From Dehalococcoidia bacterium (lineage in GTDB: Bacteria; Chloroflexota; Dehalococcoidia; Lucifugimonadales; Australimonadaceae), in the NCBI GenBank assembly GCA_963579845.1, contig CAUZHS010000002.1, positions 38,827 to 102,826 on the forward strand: 64,000 nt of DNA, in the 5' to 3' direction. The position numbers and the translations under genes are program-made. Under the pieces are notes generated by a model. It was not told the DNA's origin. It did no database searches and worked only from the letters and a program-made list of their open reading frames with translations. Shown one piece after another: positions 36,725-45,826 of this stretch (position 1 is the first letter of the stretch; each line of letters opens with the position of its first letter).

Positions 36725-37240
36725 CTAGCTGCGCGTGTGTTCGAAGGTAGCAATCGGGCCGCTCGCACCGGTGTGGATCTGGAAGTTACCCGATATGTAT
36801 TCGCCGATTATTTTAGGCCAGAATGCGTTAGCCTCTGCGTTGTTCCGCAGCCAGCGAACCTCCCACTTTCCTGGTGACTGGTCGAATGTGCGGAATGCCA
36901 CCCGCCGCCCGATACCCCGGCGTTGATAGTTGCGTATGACGAAGAACTCGGCGATGGACCATCCATCGCCGGGAGAGATGACTTGGGTGTGCCGGTTCAC
37001 CAGCACGAACCCTGCCAGGTGGCCATCGATCCGTATAAAAAATGGATGACGGCCCGGTTCCTTCCAGTAACTGTCTATCCAGCGGTGCTCGAACAAGCCC
37101 TCCTCATTGAGATTTGCTTCCTCGTTTCGGGCCTCCTCCGTGCCGGTCATGTTGTACAGGTAAAGCTGCAGCAGCCGCTCCAGGACGGGCTTACGCTCTA
37201 GAGGGATCGCTTCGAGTAAGATTTCCATGTGCCCCACCAT
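36725..37240 (-). CDS. GNAT family acetyltransferase
   Basis: 171-aa ORF; FVIRNYQRRGIGRRVA acetyl-CoA-binding motif. Confidence 0.7.
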   Translation of the reverse strand: MVGHMEILLEAIPLERKPVLERLLQLYLYNMTGTEEARNEEANLNEEGLFEHRWIDSYWKEPGRHPFFIRIDGHLAGFVLVNRHTQVISPGDGWSIAEFFVIRNYQRRGIGRRVAFRTFDQSPGKWEVRWLRNNAEANAFWPKIIGEYISGNFQIHTGASGPIATFEHTRS

Positions 37241-37262
37241 ATCCCAGCGCTATAATGGCCGC

Positions 37263-38570
37263 ATGGTTGAGCCTCGAACCACTGCCACGGAGACTGCCTC
37301 GCCAATGCCTAATCAAAGTGGCACGCTGGCGCTCTACGTACACATCCCCTTCTGTGACACCAAGTGTCCCTACTGCGACTTCAACACCTATGCCGGCATC
37401 GAAGCGCTGATGCCTGGATACGTGAGCGCATTGGCGCACGAGATGACACAGTGGGGACGTCTCCTCGGCCGTCCGGTGTTGGGCTCGGTCTTCTTCGGCG
37501 GTGGCACGCCTTCGTTCCTGCCGACCCGCGACCTCACGAGGCTCATGCGCACCATCGTCGAGGCCTTCGAGGTCGCTGACGGTGCGGAGCTGACGCTGGA
37601 GGCGAACCCCGGCGACATGGCCCGTGAGCGGGTCCGGGCCATGCGCCGCGCAGGCTTCAACCGCATCAGCATCGGCGTTCAGTCGCTGGACGACTATGAG
37701 CTGCGGTTGCTTGGCCGCCGCCATACGGCGAATCAGGCGAAACAGGCGGTGGAAGCGGCCAGGAAGGTGGGGTTCGACAACGTGAGCATTGACCTTATGT
37801 TCGGGTTGCCTTACCAGTCTGTCAGCGGTTGGGCGCATACTCTGGAGGAAGCGTTAGGGCTCGGAGTGGACCACTTCTCGCTCTACGCGCTCACGCTGGA
37901 GTCCGGAACGCCTATGGAGGCCGAAGTGCGGGCAGGACGTCTGCCGGAGCCTGACCCCGACCTGGCGGCGGAGATGTATTTGCTCGCGCAGCAGTCCCTG
38001 GCCAGCGCTGGGTACGAGCAGTACGAGATTTCTAATTGGGCGAAATCTGGCGACACCAGCAGACATAACCTGACCTACTGGCTAAGCCAAGCATATCTGG
38101 GGGTCGGTCCCGGCGCCCATTCCTACTTGTTTGCCAACGGCGCGCCCAGTCTCGATGCCCTGGGCCCGCTGGGTGCGCGTTTCGCTTGCGTGAGGCCCCC
38201 ACGCACCTACATAGATGGGATTATGGCGTGGAAGCCGAGCGAACAGCCGCTCACCGATGAGGTCTTACGTTCCGTGGACTTCTTGGAAGGGGTGGAGGCA
38301 CAGGACGAAGCCATAGCCATGGGGGAGACGATGATGATGGGCCTGCGCTTGAACAAAGGCGTCGCCGACGCTGACTTCCGGCGTCGTTTCGGGCGCTCCA
38401 TCGCCGAGGCGTTCCCCCGAGCGACCGCCGATTGCCTGGAGCTCGGTTTGCTGGAGTGGCGTGACGGCCACCTGCGGCTTTTGGAGCAGAGCAGACTTGT
38501 AGGGAATGAGGCCTTCCATCGGTTCCTTCCTCTCCATCCAGTGAAGAGCCCCGGTGGTCGCCAGACATAG
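37263..38570 (+). CDS. hemW: radical SAM heme chaperone HemW / coproporphyrinogen III oxidase-like
   Basis: YVHIPFCDTKCPYCDFNTY CxxxCxxC motif, GGGTPS. Start uncertain (37227, 37263 or 37305). A TATAAT 6 nt upstream of the ATG at 37263 suggests a leaderless start. Confidence 0.85.
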   Translation: MVEPRTTATETASPMPNQSGTLALYVHIPFCDTKCPYCDFNTYAGIEALMPGYVSALAHEMTQWGRLLGRPVLGSVFFGGGTPSFLPTRDLTRLMRTIVEAFEVADGAELTLEANPGDMARERVRAMRRAGFNRISIGVQSLDDYELRLLGRRHTANQAKQAVEAARKVGFDNVSIDLMFGLPYQSVSGWAHTLEEALGLGVDHFSLYALTLESGTPMEAEVRAGRLPEPDPDLAAEMYLLAQQSLASAGYEQYEISNWAKSGDTSRHNLTYWLSQAYLGVGPGAHSYLFANGAPSLDALGPLGARFACVRPPRTYIDGIMAWKPSEQPLTDEVLRSVDFLEGVEAQDEAIAMGETMMMGLRLNKGVADADFRRRFGRSIAEAFPRATADCLELGLLEWRDGHLRLLEQSRLVGNEAFHRFLPLHPVKSPGGRQT

Positions 38571-38695
38571 GGCCGCGCGCAGTGGTTTGGGTGGTTCCAA
38601 TGCTGACTACTCGACGCTCGGTTGCAGCGGTGCTATCGTCCACCCTGCTGGCCCTGATGCAACAGGGCCGCGACCACTTGACAAGGAGAAAGCAC

Positions 38696-39625
38696 ATGTT
38701 GGAATTAGGCGTTGCGCTCCCTTTTAATCACTCCATGTACCGCCCAGCCGAGGAATGGCCTGCGCTGCACGAGTGGATCATCGGCCCGTCACGCCAGCCG
38801 CTGGAGTTGGCGGAAGAGACCCCCGAGGTGATTCGTCAGCACATCGCCAGGGCCGACACTGCAGCGGCGATCATCCGCCACAAGCTGGAGGAGTCCCGGC
38901 CCGATGCCCTGGTGGTATTGGTCTCCGACCACGGCCGACTCTTCTCCCCAGTGCAGGTGCCCCAGTTCTGCACCTTCCTCGGTGAGGAGATATGGGGGAG
39001 TTCTCGGCTTGCGGAGCGGGAGGAGCCAGCGGACGAGGACATCATCACCCTCAAGGGCGCCCCGGACCTGGCTGCCTTCGTGCAGGAGGAGCTGGTCTAT
39101 CACGAATTCGATATGAATTACAGCAAGAGCATCGTTCCGTTGGGCCAGCCCGACTATGGCGCCGACGCTTCGTTGGTCAACGCCGTACGGCTGCTGAACC
39201 CGAAATTGGACATTCCGGTGGTGCCTATCTTTATGAACACCCAGCGGCCTCCTGCTCCCAATGGACAGCGTTGCATCGACTTTGGACGGGCGCTGGGCGA
39301 AATCCTGGACGAGCGTCCGGAACGCATAGCCTTGGTCGCCTCTGGAGGGCTGTCGCACGACCATCACGGTCTGCGGGGAGGTTACGTGGACTATCCTCTT
39401 GACCAGTGGGTACTCAAGATGCTGTCGCGGGGACTGAGTGGACGGATGGCCCCTATTTTTGCCGTGGAATCGGATAGCGTTCACGGCGGCACGGCCGAAA
39501 TGCGGCTGTGGATGGCTGTCGGCGCGGCGTGCGAGAGCGTTGGGTCAAGCGCGGTGAAGATCGATTACTTCCCCTCCTACACGGCGGGAGCGGGCATGGG
39601 ATTCGCCTACTGGCCGATTGGCTAG
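38696..39625 (+). CDS. LigB-family (class III) extradiol ring-cleavage dioxygenase-like protein, paralogue 1
   Basis: Internal ATG at 38696 after AAGGAG. LVVLVSDHG and LVASGGLSHDHHGLRGGYVDYPLDQW resemble protocatechuate 4,5-dioxygenase beta subunit motifs. Confidence 0.75.
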   Translation: MLELGVALPFNHSMYRPAEEWPALHEWIIGPSRQPLELAEETPEVIRQHIARADTAAAIIRHKLEESRPDALVVLVSDHGRLFSPVQVPQFCTFLGEEIWGSSRLAEREEPADEDIITLKGAPDLAAFVQEELVYHEFDMNYSKSIVPLGQPDYGADASLVNAVRLLNPKLDIPVVPIFMNTQRPPAPNGQRCIDFGRALGEILDERPERIALVASGGLSHDHHGLRGGYVDYPLDQWVLKMLSRGLSGRMAPIFAVESDSVHGGTAEMRLWMAVGAACESVGSSAVKIDYFPSYTAGAGMGFAYWPIG

Positions 39626-39701
39626 GAAATCTAGATAACGTATGCTAAGGCCTGCCTCGGCCTCTTGGGTCATTTGATCGGAAAGACATAAAGGAGGAGA
39701 T

Positions 39702-40688
39702 ATGCCTATTGGACTTGGACTGGCCTCAAGCCACGGAGGGGCCGTCGGTCTCAAGAGTGTGGAGGACTGGCAGGAATACTACGCGCCAATGAAGGACCGT
39801 AGTCCCCAGCCGCCCCATTCGGATCTGGAAACTCCGGAGGTGCTCCAGGACTACATTGGCCGCAACCGGCGCGCCTTTGATACCCTCCGAGACCAGCTTG
39901 CCGCCTACAAGGCCGAGTTGCTGATCATCATTGGCGGCGATCAGATGGAGATGTTCGACCACAGCAACGTGCCCAATTTGATGATGTACTTTGGGGAGAC
40001 GGCCTCCGGCTACAACTCCGACACGATGGCTATGCGGCGAGCGCCACAGGGCCAGGGGCGGCAGTACAAGGAGGAGGACTTAGTCCGTCTTGATGTGGAC
40101 GTTAAGACCTCCGAATGGCTGCTGAACAAGTTGGTCGCCCAAGAGGGCTTCGACGTGGCCATGAGCACCGAGCAGATGAACTTGGGTCGTCCCGGCATGG
40201 GAATGCCTCACGCCTTCCATCGGCCTGTGCCCATGATCATGCCGGAGTTGAATATTCCGGTGATCATGCTCTACGAGAATACCTATCAGCCGCCCTCTCT
40301 CAGCGCGTCGCGCTGCTATGAGTTTGGCCGAACTCTGGCCCAGCTGTTGAAGAACGACCCACGGCGCATTGCCATCTACGGCTCGGGCGGACTCTCCCAT
40401 GACCCCGGCGGGCCCCGGTCCGGTTGGGTGGATGAGGAGTTGGATGCGTGGTTCATGCAGCGTCTCGCCGAAGGTGATGGTAAGGCGCTGGCCGCCATGT
40501 TCGGCTTTGATTCCATGACCATGCGTGGCGGTACGGGAGAGACGCGTGCGTGGATTACCGTTGCTGGCGCTATGGAGGAGATGGGGGCTCGCGCGACTAT
40601 CTTGGACTATCTGCCCGCGAGCCATGCGCTGCACGGTATGGGCTATGCCTACTGGCCCGAACTGGCGGCGGTGCCAGCGGACGGCTAA
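39702..40688 (+). CDS. LigB-family (class III) extradiol ring-cleavage dioxygenase-like protein, paralogue 2
   Basis: 328-aa ORF after AAAGGAGGAG; LASSHGG N-terminus, IYGSGGLSHDPGGPRSGWVDEELDAW. Confidence 0.75.
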   Translation: MPIGLGLASSHGGAVGLKSVEDWQEYYAPMKDRSPQPPHSDLETPEVLQDYIGRNRRAFDTLRDQLAAYKAELLIIIGGDQMEMFDHSNVPNLMMYFGETASGYNSDTMAMRRAPQGQGRQYKEEDLVRLDVDVKTSEWLLNKLVAQEGFDVAMSTEQMNLGRPGMGMPHAFHRPVPMIMPELNIPVIMLYENTYQPPSLSASRCYEFGRTLAQLLKNDPRRIAIYGSGGLSHDPGGPRSGWVDEELDAWFMQRLAEGDGKALAAMFGFDSMTMRGGTGETRAWITVAGAMEEMGARATILDYLPASHALHGMGYAYWPELAAVPADG

Positions 40689-40707
40689 TCGCAAGCGATA
40701 CGTTGGT

Positions 40708-40748
40708 AAAATCATGAGGACGCCCCGCAAGGGCGCCCTCATGATTTT
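40708..40748 (+). terminator. strong stem-loop terminator after the LigB pair
   Basis: AAAATCATGAGG-A-CGCCC / GGGCG-C-CCTCATGATTTT: 17 bp of pairing with one mismatch, 5-nt loop, A-tract/T-tract arms (bidirectional type). Confidence 0.65.
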
Positions 40749-40908
40749 ACGGAGACGGTGGAACCGGGGCCACGGTGTTATGCAAGCAGCGTGGCGGGCG
40801 GCGTAGCGTCTAAGTATCAGTAGCGATGTTGTGTGAAGATAAAGGATGTTCTCAAATTTTGTGTCCCGGTTGCTTGGCAAGTAGGAGTCGTTAGGCGGTG
40901 TTGTTCGC

Positions 40909-41184
40909 GTGTCCTTCAATGGAGAGCCTATCGCTGAGAGCGACGAGACCATCGTTGTTGGAGGCAATCACTACTTCCCGCCCACCACCACCAAGGGGGA
41001 GTTCTTCGAGAGCAATGGGTATCACAGCACCTGCCGCTGGAAGGGCCGCGCTAGCTATTACGACGTGTCAGCCAACGACTAGACGGAGATTAATGGTGCG
41101 TGGAATTATTCCGAGCCCAGAGAGGCCACCGCTCTGTTGAAGGAGCACTTTGCCTCCTCCGGGCGCAAGGTGGATGTCGGCTGA
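40909..41184 (+). pseudogene. DUF427 domain gene interrupted by an in-frame TAG
   Basis: My translation from GTG at 40909: MSFNGEPIAESDETIVVGGNHYFPP...HSTCRWKGRASYYDVSAND*TEINGAWNYSEPREATALLKEHFASSGRKVDVG*. TAG at 41080-41082; DUF427-like similarity continues after the stop. Confidence 0.6.
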
Positions 41185-41294
41185 TTCACCTTGTGTGAGT
41201 CAGCCAATTCTGCCCCTGATATTCGAGGCCGTGGGAAGACCCTTTCGGCCATCCCGCTTGCCCCATCCCTGGCCAGGGAGGGGCTGTAATTTTA

Positions 41295-41342
41295 CCTGAG
41301 GGACGTCCCCTCAGGCTCCTGATGGAGGGGCAGAGCCCCCTC
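41295..41342. terminator. two GC-rich hairpins between convergent DUF427 and aconitase genes
   Basis: CCTGAGGG-ACGTC-CCCTCAGG (41295-41315) flanked by an A/T-rich run; GAGGGG-CAGAGC-CCCCTC (41325-41342). Confidence 0.45.
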
Positions 41343-41385
41343 TCTGTACACCCTATATTGCATTAGGCTATTAGCGGCCCCTGGC

Positions 41386-43659
41386 CTACTTAGAGCCGAG
41401 GATGTTGAGGGCGGCGCCGGCCTTGAACCACTCAATTTGTTCGGCGTTCAGCGTCTGCTTGAGTTCGATGCGGTCCTCTGTGCCGTCTTGGTGGCGGAGT
41501 GTGGCGCTCACGTTCCGGCCTGGTGCAATGTCGGCGAGGCCAGTGATGCTAATGCGGTCCGTCTCCTGAATGCGGTTGTAGTCCGCGGGGTCGGCGAAGG
41601 TGAAGGGCAGGATGCCCTGCTTTTTAAGGTTGGATTCGTGGATGCGGGCGAAGCTGCGGACGATGACCACTTTGCAGCCGAGTAGGCGTGGTGACATGGC
41701 CGCGTGCTCGCGGGAGCTGCCCTCGCCGTAGTTGCTATCGCCGACTGCTAGCCAGGAGAGGCCGTGCTCCTTGTAGTATCTCGCCGTAACTGGGAACGCC
41801 CCACGCTCATCGGTGGCCTGGTTCAGTCCCTCCCCTGCTTCGTCGCTGAAGGCGTTTATCGCACCCAGGAAGGTGTTGTCGCTGAGCTTGTCCAAGTGGC
41901 CGCGCAGCCGCAACCAGGGTCCGGCGGGTGAGATGTGGTCGGTGGTGCACTTTCCCTTGGCCTTTACCAAGAGATGCAGATCATCGAAGTCCTTACCGTC
42001 CCAGGCCGGGAAAGGTGAGAGCAGTTGCAATCGGCTTGACTGGGGGTCTACTTCGACGGTGATGCCGCTGCCATCCTCCGCCGGGGCCTCGTAGCCGTAG
42101 CCACGGCCCACGAAACCACCGGGAGGGACCTCCGGCGCTTGGCCGGGCGGGTCCAGTTTGAAAGACTTGCCGTCGCTTCCGGTAAGCGTGTCGGTCAGGG
42201 GGTTGAAGGAGAGCCGTCCCGCCAGGGAGAAGGCCATGACCAACTCAGGGCTGGCGATGAAGTTCATGGTTGCCGGGTTGGCGTCGTTGCGGGCGGGGAA
42301 ATTGCGGTTGAAGGACGTGATAATTGAGTTCACGTCGCCCTTGTTGATGGTGGGCCGCCGCCACTGGCCGATGCACGGTCCGCAGGCGTTGGCCATGACC
42401 GTGGCGCCCGTGCTTTCCAGTTCCGCCATCTGGCCGTCGCGCTGGATAGTCGCGTGGACGGCCTCCGAGCCAGGGGTGACCAGCAGTTCCGTGGTGCTTT
42501 GGAGGCCGTGGGCCGTGGCCTGGTGGGCGACATCGGCCGCGCGGGAAACATCCTCGTAGGAGGAGTTGGTGCAGCTTCCGATGAGCGCTGCAGAAAGCTG
42601 GTCTGTGTAGCCCTCCTTTGCCACCGCCGCCGCCATTTGGGAAATTGGCCGGGCAAGGTCCGGCGTGTGCGGGCCCACCACGTGGGGCTCCAGCGTGCTC
42701 AGGTCGATTTCCACAACCCGGTCGAAATATTTTTCAGGGGTTGTTTCGATTTCTGGGTCAGCGCCGAGCAGGTGGGAGTAGCGCTGGGCGAGGCCGGCCA
42801 GCTCCTCTCGGTCTGTAGCCTGCAAATAGGTGGTCATGCGTGAGTCGAAGGGGAACATGGAACATGTGGAGCCCAGCTCAGCACCCATGTTGGTGATAGT
42901 GGCCTTGCCCGTGGCGCTGATGGAGCTGGTGCCCGGCCCGAAATACTCGATCACGGCATTGGTGCCGCCGGAGACGGTGAGAATGCCCGCCAGCTTGAGT
43001 ATGACGTCCTTGGGGGAGGCCCAGCCGTTTAGGCTGCCGGTGAGCTTCACGCCGATGAGCTTGGGGTAGAGGACCTCCCAGGGGAAACCGGCCATGACGT
43101 CCACGGCGTCGGCGCCACCCACCCCTGCTGCGAAGCTGCCGAGGCCGCCCGCGTTGGGTGTGTGGGAGTCGGTGCCAATCATAAGACAGCCGGGAAAGGC
43201 GTAGTTCTCTAGAATCACCTGGTGGATGATGCCCGAGCCTGGACCCCAGAATCCGGCGCCGTACTTGCTGGCTGCGGAGCGCAGGAAGTCGTAGACCTCT
43301 TTGCTGGAGATCAGGGCTTCGCTGGTGTCCTTATTGGCGCCCACGTAGGCCTGTATTAAGTGGTCGCAATGAACCGTGGTGGGTACCGCGACGGTGGTCT
43401 TCCCGGCTTGCATGAACTGGAGGATAGCCATCTGCCCGGTCACGTCTTGCAGCCCCACGCGGTCGGGGCGCAACTGCAGGTAGCTTTCGCCGGGGGTGAG
43501 GTCGGCGTTTTTCGGGTCGTCCAGGTGGCCCAGCAAGACCTTTTCAGCGTAGGTGAGGGGCCGGCCAAGTCGTTGACGGATAACGGTGAGGCGCTGCTCC
43601 ATCTTGCGGTATGCCTCTTCGACAAACTGAGCACTCGATGCCACTAGGGGGGCTGCCAT
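41386..43659 (-). CDS. acn: aconitate hydratase (about 757 aa, mitochondrial-type length)
   Basis: Internal ATG at 43659 after GGAGGA; HCDHLIQA, IGTDSHTPNAGGLG, NACGPCIGQW, SSREHAAMSPRLLG motifs. Confidence 0.9.
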   Translation of the reverse strand: MAAPLVASSAQFVEEAYRKMEQRLTVIRQRLGRPLTYAEKVLLGHLDDPKNADLTPGESYLQLRPDRVGLQDVTGQMAILQFMQAGKTTVAVPTTVHCDHLIQAYVGANKDTSEALISSKEVYDFLRSAASKYGAGFWGPGSGIIHQVILENYAFPGCLMIGTDSHTPNAGGLGSFAAGVGGADAVDVMAGFPWEVLYPKLIGVKLTGSLNGWASPKDVILKLAGILTVSGGTNAVIEYFGPGTSSISATGKATITNMGAELGSTCSMFPFDSRMTTYLQATDREELAGLAQRYSHLLGADPEIETTPEKYFDRVVEIDLSTLEPHVVGPHTPDLARPISQMAAAVAKEGYTDQLSAALIGSCTNSSYEDVSRAADVAHQATAHGLQSTTELLVTPGSEAVHATIQRDGQMAELESTGATVMANACGPCIGQWRRPTINKGDVNSIITSFNRNFPARNDANPATMNFIASPELVMAFSLAGRLSFNPLTDTLTGSDGKSFKLDPPGQAPEVPPGGFVGRGYGYEAPAEDGSGITVEVDPQSSRLQLLSPFPAWDGKDFDDLHLLVKAKGKCTTDHISPAGPWLRLRGHLDKLSDNTFLGAINAFSDEAGEGLNQATDERGAFPVTARYYKEHGLSWLAVGDSNYGEGSSREHAAMSPRLLGCKVVIVRSFARIHESNLKKQGILPFTFADPADYNRIQETDRISITGLADIAPGRNVSATLRHQDGTEDRIELKQTLNAEQIEWFKAGAALNILGSK

Positions 43660-43783
43660 GATCGTATCCTCCAGGCGTCCGGACGGGCGCGATTTTCCGT
43701 GTTTTAACGGGTCAGGGCGAGTTGTGCCTGACCGGATGCGTAGCTTATCACAGGGGGCTGAGGGGAGGAGCAGCGGGTTTTGG

Positions 43784-43930
43784 TTACACGGTCTGGCTGA
43801 TCTCGAACAGGTGTCCGTCCGGGTCACGGAAGAATCAGCGTATCTCGCCGCCCCGGTCCACGGGGCGAGTCAGGAACTCAGCTCCGCTAGCGTTGCCGGA
43901 TGCGAATGCCCCCTTTTCCCAATGCCGCCG
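43784..43930 (-). pseudogene. remnant of a VOC/glyoxalase-family gene (C-terminal fragment with in-frame TGA)
   Basis: Minus-strand translation ...ASGAEFLTRPVDRGGEIR*FFRDPDGHLFEISQTV* matches the C-terminal VOC pattern G.EF...P......G.R...FRDPDG...E. TGA at 43835-43837. The N-terminal part is missing or overlaps the selB start. Confidence 0.4.
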
Positions 43931-43951
43931 CGCCGCTATGCTGAGAGCCTC

Positions 43952-45814
43952 ATGTACGTCATCGGCACCGCGGGACACGTGGACCACGGCAAGTCCACCC
44001 TCATCCAGGCTCTCACCGGTATGGACCCCGACCGTCTCCAGGAGGAGAAGGAACGGGGGCTGACCATCGACCTGGGCTTTGCTTGGCTGACCATGCCCAG
44101 CGGCCGGGAGGTGAGCATCATCGACGTGCCGGGCCACGAGCGGTTCATCAAGAACATGCTGGCCGGTGTGGGCGGCGTCGACCTGGCGCTGCTGGTTATT
44201 GCCGCCGACGAATCGGTGATGCCTCAGACCCGCGAGCATTTGGCCATCCTGGATTTGCTGCAGGTTCGGCGGGGCATCGCCGTCGTCACCAAGCGTGATT
44301 TGGTGGACGCCGATATGCTCGAGCTTGCGCAATTAGAGGTCGAGGAGGTGCTGCAGGGCACGGCGATGGAGGGTGCGCCCATCGTGTCCGTTTCTGCTAC
44401 GACCCGTGAGGGGTTGGACGAGCTTCTGGGTGCCGTGGACGCGGCCCTGAACGTAACGGAGGAGAGCCATGACCTGGGCCGGCCTCGACTGGCCATCGAC
44501 CGATCCTTCGTCGTTTCGGGCTTTGGCACCGTAGTGACGGGGACACTCATCGACGGCACGCTCAGTGTGGGCCAGGAAGTGGAGCTGGTGCTCAGCGGCA
44601 AGCGCAGTCGCATCCGAGGCTTGCAGACCCATCGCAAGAAGTTGGAGCAGGCCGAGCCCGGCAGTCGGGTGGCGGTGAATCTGAGCGGTATCTCTTCGTA
44701 TGAGGTCGTGCGAGGAGAAGTGCTCACCACGCCGGGGTGGCTCCGGACTACGAGAGCTCTGGACGCTCAGGTACAACTGCTGCCCGGTGTTGCCAAGGCG
44801 GCACGGCATAACCTGCCGTTGACCTTCCACGCCCACACAATGGATACCCCTGCCAGGCTCCGGCTGCTGGACCGCGACGAGCTTCAGCCGGGTGACCAAA
44901 CCTGGGTGCAGCTGAGCTTGAGCGAACCGGTTGCATTGGTGCGTGGCGACCATTTTGTCGTGCGCTCAGCGGATGCCACGCTTGGTGGAGGGGTGGTGGT
45001 GGACGTGCATGCCAAGCGTCACCGCCGCCGTCATGCGCCGACGCTCCAACGCCTGGAGGTGCTGGCCCAAGGCAGTCCGTCGGCACAGTTGCTGCAGGCT
45101 TTGGAGACTGGCGAGCCCGCCGATGCGGCGACGCTGGCGCGTCGGGCCAATCTAGCGGAGTCGGAGGTGCTCGACCGGGCGCGTTCCGCTGCTGAGGAGG
45201 GGGTTCTCATGTCTCTGTCCCGGGATGGCATTCTGGCCGGAGCGCTGCTCTACACCACCGCCGGCTGGTCAAGGCTTTTCGGTAACGCCCAGAAGCAGCT
45301 GTCAGCATTTCACGAGCAGCAGCCGCTTCGCCAGGGCATGCCCCGGGAGGAGCTGCGCAACCGACTGGGCCTCACCGGGCAGACAGGCGCCCAGGTGTTC
45401 CAGTATCTAACCGAGGATGGAGGCCTGGTGGACGAGGCTGGCCTCGTTTCCCTGCCCGACCACGCAGTGCGGGTGTCGCCGGGGCAGCAGCAGCGCATGG
45501 ATGACTTCCTGAAAGCGCTGGAGCGAGACCCCTTCACGCCGCCACCGGCGCTTGATGCGGCGCTAATGAGTGTGCTGGCGGACAGGGGCCAGGTGGTTCG
45601 GGCCACCGACGGGGTGGTCTTCGCGGGCACGGCCTACCAGCGGCTTGAGGCCACTGTCCTGGCGCATCTGGGTCAGCACGGCAAGGTGACGGTGGCCGAG
45701 GTCCGCGACCTGCTGGGCACCAGCCGCAAGTACGCCATGGCCTTGCTCGAGCACCTGGATGAGACTCACGTTACCCGGCGGATGGGCGACGAACGCGTGC
45801 TGGCAAAGGGGTAG
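43952..45814 (+). CDS. selB: selenocysteine-specific translation elongation factor
   Basis: Internal ATG at 43952; MYVIGTAGHVDHGKSTLIQALTG, DVPGHERF, TKRDL. 620 aa with a long C-terminal winged-helix-type extension, as in SelB. Confidence 0.85.
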   Translation: MYVIGTAGHVDHGKSTLIQALTGMDPDRLQEEKERGLTIDLGFAWLTMPSGREVSIIDVPGHERFIKNMLAGVGGVDLALLVIAADESVMPQTREHLAILDLLQVRRGIAVVTKRDLVDADMLELAQLEVEEVLQGTAMEGAPIVSVSATTREGLDELLGAVDAALNVTEESHDLGRPRLAIDRSFVVSGFGTVVTGTLIDGTLSVGQEVELVLSGKRSRIRGLQTHRKKLEQAEPGSRVAVNLSGISSYEVVRGEVLTTPGWLRTTRALDAQVQLLPGVAKAARHNLPLTFHAHTMDTPARLRLLDRDELQPGDQTWVQLSLSEPVALVRGDHFVVRSADATLGGGVVVDVHAKRHRRRHAPTLQRLEVLAQGSPSAQLLQALETGEPADAATLARRANLAESEVLDRARSAAEEGVLMSLSRDGILAGALLYTTAGWSRLFGNAQKQLSAFHEQQPLRQGMPREELRNRLGLTGQTGAQVFQYLTEDGGLVDEAGLVSLPDHAVRVSPGQQQRMDDFLKALERDPFTPPPALDAALMSVLADRGQVVRATDGVVFAGTAYQRLEATVLAHLGQHGKVTVAEVRDLLGTSRKYAMALLEHLDETHVTRRMGDERVLAKG

Positions 45815-45826
45815 TACAGGAGCGCA

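Noticed and set aside
43835-43837. In-frame TGA next to selB as a genuine selenocysteine codon
   Set aside because: The host ORF is only a C-terminal fragment of a VOC protein. The position is not a known catalytic Cys site of that fold, and the downstream hairpin is weak. Kept as a low-interest finding for formal SECIS testing.
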